From: a bacterium
Lineage (GTDB): Bacteria; UBA10199; 2-02-FULL-44-16; JAAZCA01
Reading direction: 5' to 3'
Assembly (NCBI GenBank): GCA_963674695.2
Contig: CAXXGI010000003.1
Span: 288,001 to 352,000, forward strand
DNA: 64,000 nt
The translations under genes and the position numbers were made by a program. The notes beneath the pieces were generated by a model. That model was not told the DNA's origin. It was given only the letters and a program-made list of their open reading frames with translations, and made no database searches. Of the stretch, positions 9,474 through 20,367 are shown piece after piece (the stretch's first letter is position 1; the number at the start of each line of letters is the position of its first letter).

Positions 9474-11582
9474 ATGTCCCAAACAGTAGAAGTTCAAGTC
9501 GGCGGTCGCACGATGACCCTGGAAACGGGTCACATCGCCAAACAGGCCGGCGGGTCGGTCGTGGTGCGCTACGGCGATTCGGTCGTGCTCGTCACCGCAA
9601 CGGCGCGCGCAGAGGTGTCGCTCAACCGCTCGTTTCTGCCGCTGACCTGCGATTACATCGAGAAGACCTACGCCGCGGGAAAGATCCCGGGCGGTTTTTT
9701 CAAGCGCGAAGGGCGCCAGACCGAGCGAGAAATTTTGGCCTCCCGCATGATCGATCGTCCGATCCGTCCGCTCTTTCCCGACGGCTATTTCAACGAGACG
9801 CAGCTCATCGCCACGGTCCTCTCGAGCGAAAACGATCACGATCCGGATACGCTCGGCATGATCGGCGCATCAGCGGCGCTGACCATTTCGCCCTATCCGT
9901 TCCAGGGCCCGATCGCCAGCGTGCGCGTCGGTCGTGTCGATGGGAAATTCCTCATCAACCCGACGGAAGAGCAGCGCGACGCGAGCGATATCGACATGAT
10001 CGTCGCGGGTTCGCGCGATGCCATCGTCATGGTCGAGGGCGGTTCGCAGATGGTCTCGGAAGAGGATATGGTCGAGGCCCTCATGTTCGCCCACGAGGGG
10101 ATGCAGCCGATCATCGATGCCCAGCTTGAGTTGCAGAAGAAGGCGGGAAAAGAGAAGTGGGCCGATCCGGTCCTGCCCGATTTCTCCGATCTGGAGAAGA
10201 AGGTTGAAGCCACGCTCGGCGATCGCCTGGCCAAGGCCGTTACGATTCCGACGAAGATGGAGCGCTATGCGGCCCTCGACGAGCTGAAGAGCGCGGTTGT
10301 GGCTGAGATCGTGCCCGAGGATGACCAGACCGATATGGCCACAGCCGTGAAGGCGATCTTCGGCGATTGCAAAAAACGCTATGTGCGCAACATGATCGTG
10401 AGCGATGGCAAGCGCATCGATGGTCGTGGACTGACCGATGTGCGCCCGATCGAGACCGAGGTGAAGATGCTTCCGCGTGCACACGGTTCAGCGGTCTTTA
10501 CGCGCGGCGAGACGCAGGCGCTGGCCACCGTGACGCTGGGAACGAAGCGGGATCAGCAGCTCATCGAGAACAACACCGCCGACTACTACAAGAAGTTTAT
10601 GCTGCATTACAATTTCCCGCCCTTCTGCGTGGGCGAGGTGAAGTTCCTGCGCGGTGCTTCCCGCCGCGAGATCGGGCACGGCGCATTGGCCGAACGCTCG
10701 ATCCGGCGCGTTCTTCCGGACGAGGGTGACTTTCCGTATACCATCCGCGTCGTCTCCGAGGTGCTCGAATCAAACGGTTCCTCATCGATGGCCACCGTCT
10801 GCGGCGCGACGCTTGCGCTCATGGACAGCGGCGTTCCCATCACTGCTCCGGTGGCAGGGGTCGCCATGGGACTCATCAGTGAGAAGGGCAATATGGCGGT
10901 GCTGACCGATATCCTGGGCGATGAAGATCACCTGGGCGACATGGACTTCAAGGTGACCGGAACGCGCGAAGGCGTGACCGCGCTCCAGATGGACATCAAG
11001 ATCAGCGGCATCGATCGCGACGTGCTCACCAAGGCGTTGGCCCAGGCACGTGACGCCCGTTTGCACATCCTGGACGAGATGGCCAAGACGATCAAAGAGC
11101 CCCGCGCGGAGATGTCGCCGTATGCGCCCAAGCTCACGGTCCTCAACATTCCGGTCGATCGGATCGGCGATCTCATCGGCCCGGGCGGAAAGAACGTGCG
11201 CAAGATCATCGAGGCCACCGGTGCCAGCGTCGATATCAACGACGATGGTTCGGTCGTCATCGGTGCCACCGATCAGGCCTCCGGCGACGAAGCGATTCGC
11301 ATGGTCAAGCGCTGCACGGCAAGCCCTGAGGCGGGAAAATATTACATGGGGCGCGTGGTGCGCATCGCCGATTTCGGTGCCTTCGTGGAGATCTTCCCGA
11401 AGGTCGACGGTCTGCTGCATATCTCGCAGATCGCCGAGGAGCGCATCAAGCAGGTCTCCGACGTCCTCAAGATGGGCGACGAGTTGGTCGTGAAGGTCTT
11501 AGAGATCGATCCGGCGACCAAGAAGATCCGTCTCTCGCGCAAGGATGCCATCGGCCACGAGAACGAGGTGGAAGAGGGCTAA
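9474..11582 (+). CDS. pnp: Polyribonucleotide nucleotidyltransferase (PNPase)
   Basis: RREIGHG, ESNGSSSMA, DHLGDMDFKV, KH and S1 domains; GAGGA SD. Confidence 0.98.
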   Translation: MSQTVEVQVGGRTMTLETGHIAKQAGGSVVVRYGDSVVLVTATARAEVSLNRSFLPLTCDYIEKTYAAGKIPGGFFKREGRQTEREILASRMIDRPIRPLFPDGYFNETQLIATVLSSENDHDPDTLGMIGASAALTISPYPFQGPIASVRVGRVDGKFLINPTEEQRDASDIDMIVAGSRDAIVMVEGGSQMVSEEDMVEALMFAHEGMQPIIDAQLELQKKAGKEKWADPVLPDFSDLEKKVEATLGDRLAKAVTIPTKMERYAALDELKSAVVAEIVPEDDQTDMATAVKAIFGDCKKRYVRNMIVSDGKRIDGRGLTDVRPIETEVKMLPRAHGSAVFTRGETQALATVTLGTKRDQQLIENNTADYYKKFMLHYNFPPFCVGEVKFLRGASRREIGHGALAERSIRRVLPDEGDFPYTIRVVSEVLESNGSSSMATVCGATLALMDSGVPITAPVAGVAMGLISEKGNMAVLTDILGDEDHLGDMDFKVTGTREGVTALQMDIKISGIDRDVLTKALAQARDARLHILDEMAKTIKEPRAEMSPYAPKLTVLNIPVDRIGDLIGPGGKNVRKIIEATGASVDINDDGSVVIGATDQASGDEAIRMVKRCTASPEAGKYYMGRVVRIADFGAFVEIFPKVDGLLHISQIAEERIKQVSDVLKMGDELVVKVLEIDPATKKIRLSRKDAIGHENEVEEG

Positions 11583-11589
11583 CAACGAC

Positions 11590-11622
11590 TGTCATCCCCG
11601 AGTGTTTGAATCGGGGATCCAG
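11590..11622. repeat. TGTCAT-headed palindromic (REP-like) element
   Basis: TGTCATCCCCGA-gtgtttgaa-TCGGGGATCCAG; related copies at 33433, 52480, 56925. Confidence 0.65.
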
Positions 11623-11640
11623 CTTCGTAGATGTTTCAAC

Positions 11641-11670
11641 AACCCCCGCGGGCAACCGCGGGGGTTTTTT
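11641..11670 (+). terminator. Intrinsic terminator of pnp
   Basis: AACCCCCGCGG-gcaa-CCGCGGGGGTT followed by T-tract. Confidence 0.9.
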
Positions 11671-11800
11671 GTGCGTGGATGGCGGCGGAGAACGGGCGGT
11701 ATCACCGGTTACCGGTTTTTCTCGAGGTCGTCCCGAGTGCCTTGACGATGGGGCTTGCCTCTCGATAGAAAGTGTTATACGACGACAAGTGGAGGGCGTT

Positions 11801-12895
11801 ATGTCGATCTCCATCATGGAACCGATTGCTGCTGCCTTTGCTCCATCTCTTCTCTTGGCGACAGAATATGAGCTCATTCGCGAAGGGGCGCAGACAGCCC
11901 TCACGGAGGAGGGTGCCGTCTTTCTCGGCATCAATATGGCCTTAGAGAGTGAATTTCCTCCTGCAGATGTAGATTTTCCGTCAACCAAAAACCCGATACT
12001 CGTTCAAACAGCGATGCGAAGGATTTCCGAGGGGCCTCCCAAGGCATGGGGAGAGGATGTCGTTCGAAGGCTCGACAAGAGCTTCGAGCTTTTCGGGCGG
12101 CATGAACGGGAGAGCGGAAGAACGATCTATGACGACGCGCGGACGGGATTGTCTCGTCTGGGCGCCCCGCAGGGGCGGTGGGTCGGCGAGTCCGACGATA
12201 TCGAAGGGATGATCCCGTGGATGAACCGGGGCATCACGGTCGCCCATCAGTCGGTGGGGGCGCGCAGCACGATTTCGCTGGGCGATCTCATCACGAGAGA
12301 TGCGCCACGGACGATCGAGGAAGCGACCGCAGGCGTTTTTCTCGCCGGAGGACTTGCCTCCCGCATCTTCGTGACACGGGCAGACTGGAACAGCCTGCTG
12401 CGATGGCGGATGGGATTTATGAGCCTGCCGACGATGGGGCATCCTGAAGAGCTTTCGTTGATTGCGTTGGATGAGGAGGATGGTTCCCCCACGCCGTTTG
12501 CCGAGGCGGGTTCATGGACGGTCGATCCGACGATGCCCTTCTGGTTCGGTCTCAGACATCGGTATGAGCAGACGCCTGATTTTGAGATGAGGGCATCCGT
12601 TGGCGAGCCCTTTTCCGAACTCATCGCGCTGACGATGATGCCGCAGATCGGCGAGGGGAGAAACGAGGCCTTTCGGGCGATGCAGCGCGATCGCGCGGCC
12701 GCTTTCCTCCTCGGCGCGCGCGACTGGCTGAGGCAGGAGGGAGAAGCGGCGACGGCGACGACCGCACGCATCATCCGTTTGGCACAGATGACGCACGATC
12801 ATGTCTATCGATCCCGTGCCTTGGGTATTCCTTTCGGTGGAGTGGAAAAGGTCTCTTCCCCCTCGTTCAGCGACAAGGACGGAGAGGGAGCATAG
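11801..12895 (+). CDS. Hypothetical protein
   Basis: 364-aa ORF with GGAGG SD before ATG 11801; no recognisable motif. Confidence 0.6.
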   Translation: MSISIMEPIAAAFAPSLLLATEYELIREGAQTALTEEGAVFLGINMALESEFPPADVDFPSTKNPILVQTAMRRISEGPPKAWGEDVVRRLDKSFELFGRHERESGRTIYDDARTGLSRLGAPQGRWVGESDDIEGMIPWMNRGITVAHQSVGARSTISLGDLITRDAPRTIEEATAGVFLAGGLASRIFVTRADWNSLLRWRMGFMSLPTMGHPEELSLIALDEEDGSPTPFAEAGSWTVDPTMPFWFGLRHRYEQTPDFEMRASVGEPFSELIALTMMPQIGEGRNEAFRAMQRDRAAAFLLGARDWLRQEGEAATATTARIIRLAQMTHDHVYRSRALGIPFGGVEKVSSPSFSDKDGEGA

Positions 12896-12993
12896 CGCTG
12901 CAATCGGGTGGAGCCGCGGCTCCTCACCATCGAGCCAAGCTCGGCTCCATGGCGTATTGGTTTCGCTCATCGGGAAACCATGTTGTGATCTCC

Positions 12994-13026
12994 AACGGCC
13001 CCGAGGGATGTCCCCCCCGGGGCCGT
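12994..13026 (+). terminator. GC-rich hairpin, near copy of the hairpin at 14378
   Basis: AACGGCCCCGAGGGAT..CCCCGGGGCCGT, no U-tract. Confidence 0.5.
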
Positions 13027-13103
13027 CGTGTAGAGCGGGCAGGGATGTGACATCTTTAAGCGGACGTCGAACAAGTCGTATTCGAGGGAAGGAAGAATTT
13101 CAC

Positions 13104-13130
13104 GCAACAAATATCGTTCGGATGCGATAA
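13104..13130 (+). promoter_or_regulatory. Sigma28-like promoter upstream of the serpin
   Basis: GCAAC-N14-TGCGATAA. Confidence 0.65.
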
Positions 13131-13166
13131 GGGGGGGAACGCAACTAACGGCAGGAGATCCATCCG

Positions 13167-14354
13167 ATGACGCTCACACCGATGACGACCAATCCCTCGT
13201 TGAATCTTGCCTGTGGCCTCTACGCGCAGTTTGTTGAGGATCCGCTGTCCACAAACGGCAATATCCTTTTTTCGCCGCAGGCCGCGGCGGAGACGCTCGC
13301 CCTGACCGAGGAACTCGCCGTCGGGGCGACGCAGGTGGAGGTCCAACAGGCGCTCGGGTGGAACGCGTCCGTGGAACAGGCGCGCGAGCATTTCGTCCGT
13401 CAGCGGCGGGCGCTCGAAAAAACGCGCGAAGGGATCACCGTTCGATCGGCCAACGGTCTGTGGCGGGATTTCCGCGTTTTGGTCGGGCAAGCGACATACG
13501 AGCGCCTCTTCGAACGCTTTGGCACATCGGTCAGGGGAGCTGCGTTTGAACCCTTCGAACAGGCCGTCCAATACATCGATCGATGGGTTCACGAGCGGAC
13601 CGATGGTGCTATTTCCCATATCGTTTCTCCGCGGGATATCGTCGAGGTGGGGCAGCTCATCCTTATCAATGCCCTTTCGTTTCAGGGGGCGCTGGCAATG
13701 CCGTTTGCTCCCAGTCGAAATGCTCCACGCGGATTTCGACGCGCCGATGGGGTCTCGCCGTATGTGAGGTTCATGAATGCGACGGGGCGTTGTTCCTTCT
13801 TTCACGACATCGAATACGGAGTGTCCGTTCTCGGGTTGCCGTATCGCGACGATCGGACGCAGCTGATCGCGATGATCCCCGAAGGCCGAACGCCGATCAG
13901 TGCGCTCGAACAAAACCTCTCGCCCGACCTGATCGGCCGGTGGCTGGAGCGGATGGAATCGCGCGAGGTGGAAGTTTCCTTTCCGCATCTCGATCTTCAG
14001 GCGACCTGGAATCTTGAAGGGGCGCTCCGGGCGATGGGGATGGAGCAGGCCTTTGATGCGAGAGCCGAATTCAGCGGTTTCGATTCCGGTGGGATCCATC
14101 TCGGGCGGGCGATGCAGAAGGTCGCCCTGCGCGTTGATCGGGAAGAGGGAGTGTCGATTTCTGCGCCGAAGAAGAAGTTTCGCGTTTCGCGATCGGTGCA
14201 GCGCGTTTCAGCGGCGCGTCCCTTTCTCTTTATGATCTGGGATCGCTTTGTCGGGACGCCGCTACTCATGGGTCGCGTCATGGACCCGAGCAATGGGGCG
14301 GGGGACTTTCTGCTCCAGGGAGAGATGGCGTCGGATTCCCCCCTGTATCACTGA
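13167..14354 (+). CDS. Serpin family protein
   Basis: NILFSP, IDRWVHERTDGAI, LILINALSFQG, LPY, C-terminal RPFLFMI..TPLLMGRVMDP. Confidence 0.88.
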   Translation: MTLTPMTTNPSLNLACGLYAQFVEDPLSTNGNILFSPQAAAETLALTEELAVGATQVEVQQALGWNASVEQAREHFVRQRRALEKTREGITVRSANGLWRDFRVLVGQATYERLFERFGTSVRGAAFEPFEQAVQYIDRWVHERTDGAISHIVSPRDIVEVGQLILINALSFQGALAMPFAPSRNAPRGFRRADGVSPYVRFMNATGRCSFFHDIEYGVSVLGLPYRDDRTQLIAMIPEGRTPISALEQNLSPDLIGRWLERMESREVEVSFPHLDLQATWNLEGALRAMGMEQAFDARAEFSGFDSGGIHLGRAMQKVALRVDREEGVSISAPKKKFRVSRSVQRVSAARPFLFMIWDRFVGTPLLMGRVMDPSNGAGDFLLQGEMASDSPLYH

Positions 14355-14377
14355 ACGCGACGACGCTATCAGAACCG

Positions 14378-14415
14378 AACGGCCCCGAGGGATCGCTCCC
14401 CCGGGGCCGTTTTTT
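14378..14415 (+). terminator. Intrinsic terminator after the serpin
   Basis: AACGGCCCCGAGGGA-tcgc-TCCCCCGGGGCCGTT plus T-tract. Confidence 0.85.
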
Positions 14416-14441
14416 ACGAGTCACGAGTCACGAATTACGGC
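14414..14441. repeat. Short 7-mer array at the coaE stop
   Basis: TTACGAG TCACGAG TCACGAA TTACGGC; same unit family as 55496-55577. Confidence 0.6.
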
Positions 14442-15061
14442 TTCTTCGGAAACGTGCCTTTTTCCATCTCGCGGAAGAGTCGCTCGACCTGGACCTTCGT
14501 CTCGGAGAGCTCGCCGTCGTTGTCGATGACGGCGTCGGCGGATTCGACCTTGCGCTCCAGCGGCAGCTGGGCACCCAGACGCAGGAGCGTCTCCTCGCGA
14601 TCGAAGCCGAACTTCTCTTTGCAGCGTCGAATCTCCTCCTCTTCATCGCAGCGCACGACGATGATCGCGTCGAACATCTCCTTCCAACCGGCCTCATAGA
14701 GCAGCGGGACTTCGACGATCACCAGCGGGAGCTCGGCCTTGGCGACCTTGGCCACGCGATGTTCGATCTCCTCGCGCACGTGCGGATGGATGACCGACTC
14801 GATGAAGCGGCGCTCATCCGGGTCCTGAAAGACGACCTGCGCCAGCGCCTTGCGGTCGATGATCTCATCCGCGAGCAGGACGGTCTTGCCGTAGCGCTCG
14901 AAGATCGCCTTCCACGCCCGTGTCTTTGGGGCAATGACGTCATGCGCGATTTCGTCGGCATCGAGGATGGGAATGCCTCGCTCTTGAAACATCCAGGCGA
15001 CGGTCGATTTCCCCGTGCCGATATTTCCGGTCAGTCCGATGATCTTCGTTTTATCCTTCAT
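14435..15061 (-). CDS. coaE: Dephospho-CoA kinase
   Basis: IGLTGNIGTGKST, IDRKAL, HPHV, EVPLLYE, ADAVIDN. Confidence 0.95.
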   Translation of the reverse strand: MKDKTKIIGLTGNIGTGKSTVAWMFQERGIPILDADEIAHDVIAPKTRAWKAIFERYGKTVLLADEIIDRKALAQVVFQDPDERRFIESVIHPHVREEIEHRVAKVAKAELPLVIVEVPLLYEAGWKEMFDAIIVVRCDEEEEIRRCKEKFGFDREETLLRLGAQLPLERKVESADAVIDNDGELSETKVQVERLFREMEKGTFPKKP

Positions 15062-15518
15062 CGTTTGGCTCCTGATCGATGTTCTCCGTCGATGCTTTCT
15101 TGAAGTCGAGCATCAAGCCGATCGCCGCGCGTGTGGCGATCTCGCCCATGGCGACGAGTTCTTCGATGAGCGCGCCGCGCGCCGCGTCGTCTTCGATGAT
15201 CATGATGCGGGTGATCTGCTCTGCCGCTTGTTTCCACTCCGGGGAGAGGCGGGCGTGTATCTGACGGATGGGCGGGTGTTCGCGCTCCTGTTTGTCCATG
15301 ACCCAGCTCATCGATTCGGCAAAGTCGGCCATCTCCCAATCGCCGGGGAGCTTGTCCTGCACGGCCAGCAACTTGTCGTAAATGTCCGGATGATCGGGAT
15401 CGGCGGCCAGCGCCTTGCGATAGTGCTTGAGGGCTTTTTCCAGCTTTCCCTTTTCCAGGAGCGCATCAGCTTTGCGGACGTGGCGTTCGGCTTTCTTGGG
15501 ATTCGGCGGTTTCGGCAT
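15051..15518 (-). CDS. TPR-containing protein
   Basis: ADALLEKGKLEKALKHYRKALAADPD TPR pattern. Confidence 0.7.
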   Translation of the reverse strand: MPKPPNPKKAERHVRKADALLEKGKLEKALKHYRKALAADPDHPDIYDKLLAVQDKLPGDWEMADFAESMSWVMDKQEREHPPIRQIHARLSPEWKQAAEQITRIMIIEDDAARGALIEELVAMGEIATRAAIGLMLDFKKASTENIDQEPNDEG

Positions 15519-16974
15519 GAGCGGGCGTCTCCCCCGTGGTCTTTCCCCGCGCTGGTCGTGAGGCGATGGCGCGGTGAACTTCGGGAGTTTCGCTCAATTG
15601 GCGGGCCAGTGCAAGGAGTTCATCCCGCGTGTTGCGCTCGGGCTCGTCCAGGACGCATTCGACGAGGGCATGGAGCACGATCCCGATGGCCGGACCCTCG
15701 GCGAGCCCCAGCTCCATCAAGTCGCTGCCGTTCACGGCCAGATCCTTCGGCCCGAACGGGGGTTTCTTCGCCATCTCCTCGCGAATGCGGCGGCGCAGGC
15801 GCAGCACGCCCTTGATGCCATTCGGGTGCTTTCCGCCGCGGTTGTCGGCGATCCGCAGGTCGATGAGTTTTTCGATGCGCTCCGGTCCGATCTTGGCGAC
15901 GAAACGGCGGATGGCGCGGTCAGTGTAGTGGGCCTTGGTCTCGAACATGTGATGTTCGATGAGGGTCAGAATTTCTTTGGTGTCGATGCCGCTGCTGGTG
16001 AGTTTCATCCGCTCCATCCAGCGACGTGCCAGGCGTTGCGAAACGATTTGGTGCCCGAAGAAGACGACGCGTTTGGAGGGGGCGTGGTAGCGCGCGGTGC
16101 GCTTCTTGCCGATGTCGTGGAGGAGTGCGGCGAAGACCAGTTCCAGATTGCCGCGCCCCTCGATCGCCTCGTCGGATCGCGCGGCGTCCAGGACGCGCAT
16201 GGTGTGGGCGAAGACGTCGTCGCCCGGCTGTTTGTCCTGCTCAATGCCGACGAGTGCGGAAAGCTCCGGGAGGATTCCTTCGAGCAAACCGCAGTCGCGC
16301 ATGAGGGTAAAGCCGACCGAGGGTTTCGGTGCCTGCATGAGTTTGGTCAGTTCCATGCTGATGCGTTCGCTCGATACCGTGCCGATGAGCGGGGCATGTC
16401 GTTGCATGGCCTCCCACGTCGATGCTTCGATCGTGAGGCCAAAGCGTGCTGTAAACTGGATGGCGCGCACCAGCCGCAGGGGATCCTCTTCGAAGGCGCG
16501 GTCGAAGACCTGGCGGAGCACGCCGTCGGCGAGATCTTTGCGGCCACCGTGCGGATCGATGATCGTGCCGTCGGCGAGGCGTAGCGCCATCGCATTGATC
16601 GTGAAGTCGCGTCTGCCGAGATCCTCTTCGACACTGAGCTCGGGATCGAAGCACACATCGAAGTCGCGGTGGCCGACCCCCGTGGAATGCTCGCGGCGCG
16701 GGAGCGCGATGTCGATTTCAAACGCCGGTTCGTGGCGCGGCGTGAACTTGATGACGCCGAAGGATTTTCCGACGGTCGCCACCTTTCCGAATGGGCGCAG
16801 GGTCTTTACGATCGTTTCGGGGGAGAGCTTTCGACAGAGCAGGTCGCGATCCTTCGAGGTGCGGCCCATGAGTCGATCGCGCACCGGGCCGCCCACTTCA
16901 TAGAGATCGGCGCCGGCCGCGATGAGGGCCTGGATGTACGGCGATCCTTCCGATGGGTTCGGTGTAGCGATCAT
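15466..16974 (-). CDS. Class II tRNA nucleotidyltransferase (CCA-adding/PolyA_pol family) with HD domain
   Basis: VGGxVRD, DxD, RRDFTINAMA, EDPLR, LLHDIGK. Confidence 0.9.
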   Translation of the reverse strand: MIATPNPSEGSPYIQALIAAGADLYEVGGPVRDRLMGRTSKDRDLLCRKLSPETIVKTLRPFGKVATVGKSFGVIKFTPRHEPAFEIDIALPRREHSTGVGHRDFDVCFDPELSVEEDLGRRDFTINAMALRLADGTIIDPHGGRKDLADGVLRQVFDRAFEEDPLRLVRAIQFTARFGLTIEASTWEAMQRHAPLIGTVSSERISMELTKLMQAPKPSVGFTLMRDCGLLEGILPELSALVGIEQDKQPGDDVFAHTMRVLDAARSDEAIEGRGNLELVFAALLHDIGKKRTARYHAPSKRVVFFGHQIVSQRLARRWMERMKLTSSGIDTKEILTLIEHHMFETKAHYTDRAIRRFVAKIGPERIEKLIDLRIADNRGGKHPNGIKGVLRLRRRIREEMAKKPPFGPKDLAVNGSDLMELGLAEGPAIGIVLHALVECVLDEPERNTRDELLALARQLSETPEVHRAIASRPARGKTTGETPAHAETAESQESRTPRPQS

Positions 16975-17100
16975 GAAGAAACGGCCCTTAACCCCTCGAA
17001 GGACGATGGACGTCCGCGAATGTTGCTCGCTAGGACGAAGGACGTAAACGCTCTTTCGTCCGAGATGCCGGAGGTATCGATCCTCCCTCGTCCTTCGTAT

Positions 17101-18108
17101 TTATTCTTTTTCTTCCAGGTAGCTCTTGATCTTCGCGTTCGCAGCAAGGCGTGACATCCAGGATTGGTAGAAGCTGCTCTCGGGCGGTGTGCTCGCAGCG
17201 GCGCCGTCGTCCGTGGCTTGTTCCACCAGACGTACGACGGTGAGAACGCCTCCGCGTTTGATCGGTTTCGCGACGACAGGTTTTTTATCGGAGAGGGTGA
17301 AGATCGCGGTCCAATCCTCGATGGTGCCGCCGTCCATAACGCGTTCGCGCTCGGCGATGCGGATCGGTCCCACCTTCTTTGCTTCCAGGCCGTGTTCCTT
17401 GAGCCAGCCCGCCCACTTCTTCGGCGGCAGGGCGGAAAGCCCCGCGGCGATCGCCTCGGCTTCTCCCTCCTGGGCGATGGTCTTCTTCTCCAGCAGGAGG
17501 GCCGGGTCGATCGTGACCACCTCGAAGGTCCAGCGCGCACGGTCGCCGGTTGCAGCGGGATCGGTTCCCAGCGGCGACGTGTTGTCCACCCCCGCGAAGA
17601 TCATTTCATAGGCATCGAGCTGCAGGTCCTGACGGACGAGATCCTCATAGCTCAGGCCGAAGCGACCCTTGAAATAGGGGAGGAAGCGGGTGCGGTAGGC
17701 ATGGTCGTCGAACGCCTCGCCCGACTGCGCCGTCATGGCACGTTTGATCGCCGCGGCGACCTCCTGGTCGGGGATGACGATGCCGAGCTGATCGGCTTGC
17801 TGCAGCCCGACTTCGCGGCCTATCATCTGCCGGGCGGTCGTTGTGCGCACCAGCTGCGGCAGAAACTCCTGGGCCTGCTGCCCCTGGAAAGCGGTGCGGT
17901 AGCGCTCATAGGTGTTCGTATAGAAGTAGTCGAACAGCGAGGCCGAGATCGGCTGTCCGTTGACCTCAAGGACGGGCTCCCCCTGTCCGCCACGGCTGCC
18001 TCGATCGAACCTGCTGTAGCCGAAGAAGAGGGCAAAGGTGACGATGATCGCCCCGAGCATGACTTTGATGCCCCAGGACTGTGCATGTTTTCGCATGATA
18101 TCGAGCAT
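17101..18108 (-). CDS. SurA-N/PpiD-like membrane-anchored periplasmic chaperone
   Basis: MLDIMRKHAQSWGIK plus TM helix, VNGQPIS, typical PpiD N-terminus. Confidence 0.75.
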   Translation of the reverse strand: MLDIMRKHAQSWGIKVMLGAIIVTFALFFGYSRFDRGSRGGQGEPVLEVNGQPISASLFDYFYTNTYERYRTAFQGQQAQEFLPQLVRTTTARQMIGREVGLQQADQLGIVIPDQEVAAAIKRAMTAQSGEAFDDHAYRTRFLPYFKGRFGLSYEDLVRQDLQLDAYEMIFAGVDNTSPLGTDPAATGDRARWTFEVVTIDPALLLEKKTIAQEGEAEAIAAGLSALPPKKWAGWLKEHGLEAKKVGPIRIAERERVMDGGTIEDWTAIFTLSDKKPVVAKPIKRGGVLTVVRLVEQATDDGAAASTPPESSFYQSWMSRLAANAKIKSYLEEKE

Positions 18109-18200
18109 GGCGCGGGAACCTAGCCGAGAAAGTGTTTGAAATCAACAATATTGTTGATCTTTGGGGGGTGCTTTGTTAGACGAGCGACACTTTAATGATG

Positions 18201-18327
18201 GCGAGACAGGCTAGTCAGGCCAGTCAAGCCAGTCAGGCGAGTCAGGCCAGTCAGGCCAGTCAGGGAAAGCAAAGGATGGCAAAACGTTTTTCCCTTCCAC
18301 CTGACTGGCTTGTCTCGCTTGACTGGC
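18201..18327. repeat. 9-mer array (GCCAGTCAG-type x7) plus three reverse-complement units upstream of mreB
   Basis: 18201-18263 seven units; 18301-18327 CTGACTGGC TTGTCTCGC TTGACTGGC. Confidence 0.9.
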
Positions 18328-18336
18328 GCTCTTTAA

Positions 18337-19382
<1,046 letters not shown>

Positions 19383-19383
<1 letters not shown>

Positions 19384-19446
19384 TGAGATCGCTGAATCGT
19401 GAGATGGCTCGATGGCGAGATCGCTTGATACGGATATAGTGACATT
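19383..19446. repeat. 8-mer periodic array between mreB and mreC
   Basis: GTGAGATC GCTGAATC GTGAGATG GCTCGATG GCGAGATC GCTTGATA. Confidence 0.8.
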
Positions 19447-19449
19447 CGA

Positions 19450-20361
19450 ATGGCCTTTCTCTCCCGAAAACGACATCTGCTTCCCTTCCTGATTCCGCTG
19501 CTCTTGGCGCTCGTGTTCTTTTCGCTCACCGCGGAGACGGCGCGCCGCGCGCCCTGGTATGTCGAGGTCTTCTGGAATCTGCTCACCCCACCGCAGCGAA
19601 TTGTCACCGGCATGTCCGACACCGCCCATGGGGCATGGCGTCACTATGTGGCGCTGATGGGAGCGCAGCGTGAAAGCGAGCGTTTGGGGCGAACGGTTGC
19701 AGAGCTTCAGGGAGAGGTGGTGCGTTTGAACGAGGTGCGCCAGGAGAACGATCGCCTCCGCGCGCTGCTCGCCTTTCAAGAGACGATTCCCCAACGCACG
19801 ATTGTCGCGCGCGTGATCGCCAACGATCCGCGTGCGGAGTTCAAGAGCATCATGATTTCTCGCGGTGCGCGCGACGGGATCGAGCCGCTCATGCCGGTGG
19901 TCGGTCCGCGCGGGTTGGTCGGACGCGTCGGCGAGGTTGCGGCACGCACGTCGCGGGTGTTGCTCATCGTCGATCCGAACAGCGCTGTCGATGCGATGGT
20001 GCAGCGTTCGCGTGCACGAGGTCTCATCGTTGGGGCGCTTTTGCGCACGGAATTCAAGCACGGGTTCTATCTCGCGCGCTTGGAATACCTGCGCCGGGTC
20101 AGCGATATTCGCGACGGGGATGTGGTGGTGACCTCCGGACTCGATCGCGTCTTTCCGCCGGGCATCCCGGTGGGGACCGTCAGCGAGGTGAGCACATCGC
20201 GCTATGGCGTTTTCACTGAGGCGACGGTCGTTCCCTTCGAGAATATGGCGGAGTTGCAGGAAGTGTTGGTGATCGCCAGCGATATGCCCCTTCCCGGGGA
20301 AGCGGATGCCGATCTGCCCGGCTCCGAGATGTCGACGGACACATCCACGTCGAGGGAATAG
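19450..20361 (+). CDS. mreC: Rod shape-determining protein MreC
   Basis: ENDRLRALL, GLVGRV, GDVVVTSGL..FPPGIPVG. Confidence 0.95.
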   Translation: MAFLSRKRHLLPFLIPLLLALVFFSLTAETARRAPWYVEVFWNLLTPPQRIVTGMSDTAHGAWRHYVALMGAQRESERLGRTVAELQGEVVRLNEVRQENDRLRALLAFQETIPQRTIVARVIANDPRAEFKSIMISRGARDGIEPLMPVVGPRGLVGRVGEVAARTSRVLLIVDPNSAVDAMVQRSRARGLIVGALLRTEFKHGFYLARLEYLRRVSDIRDGDVVVTSGLDRVFPPGIPVGTVSEVSTSRYGVFTEATVVPFENMAELQEVLVIASDMPLPGEADADLPGSEMSTDTSTSRE

Positions 20362-20367
20362 TTCCCT

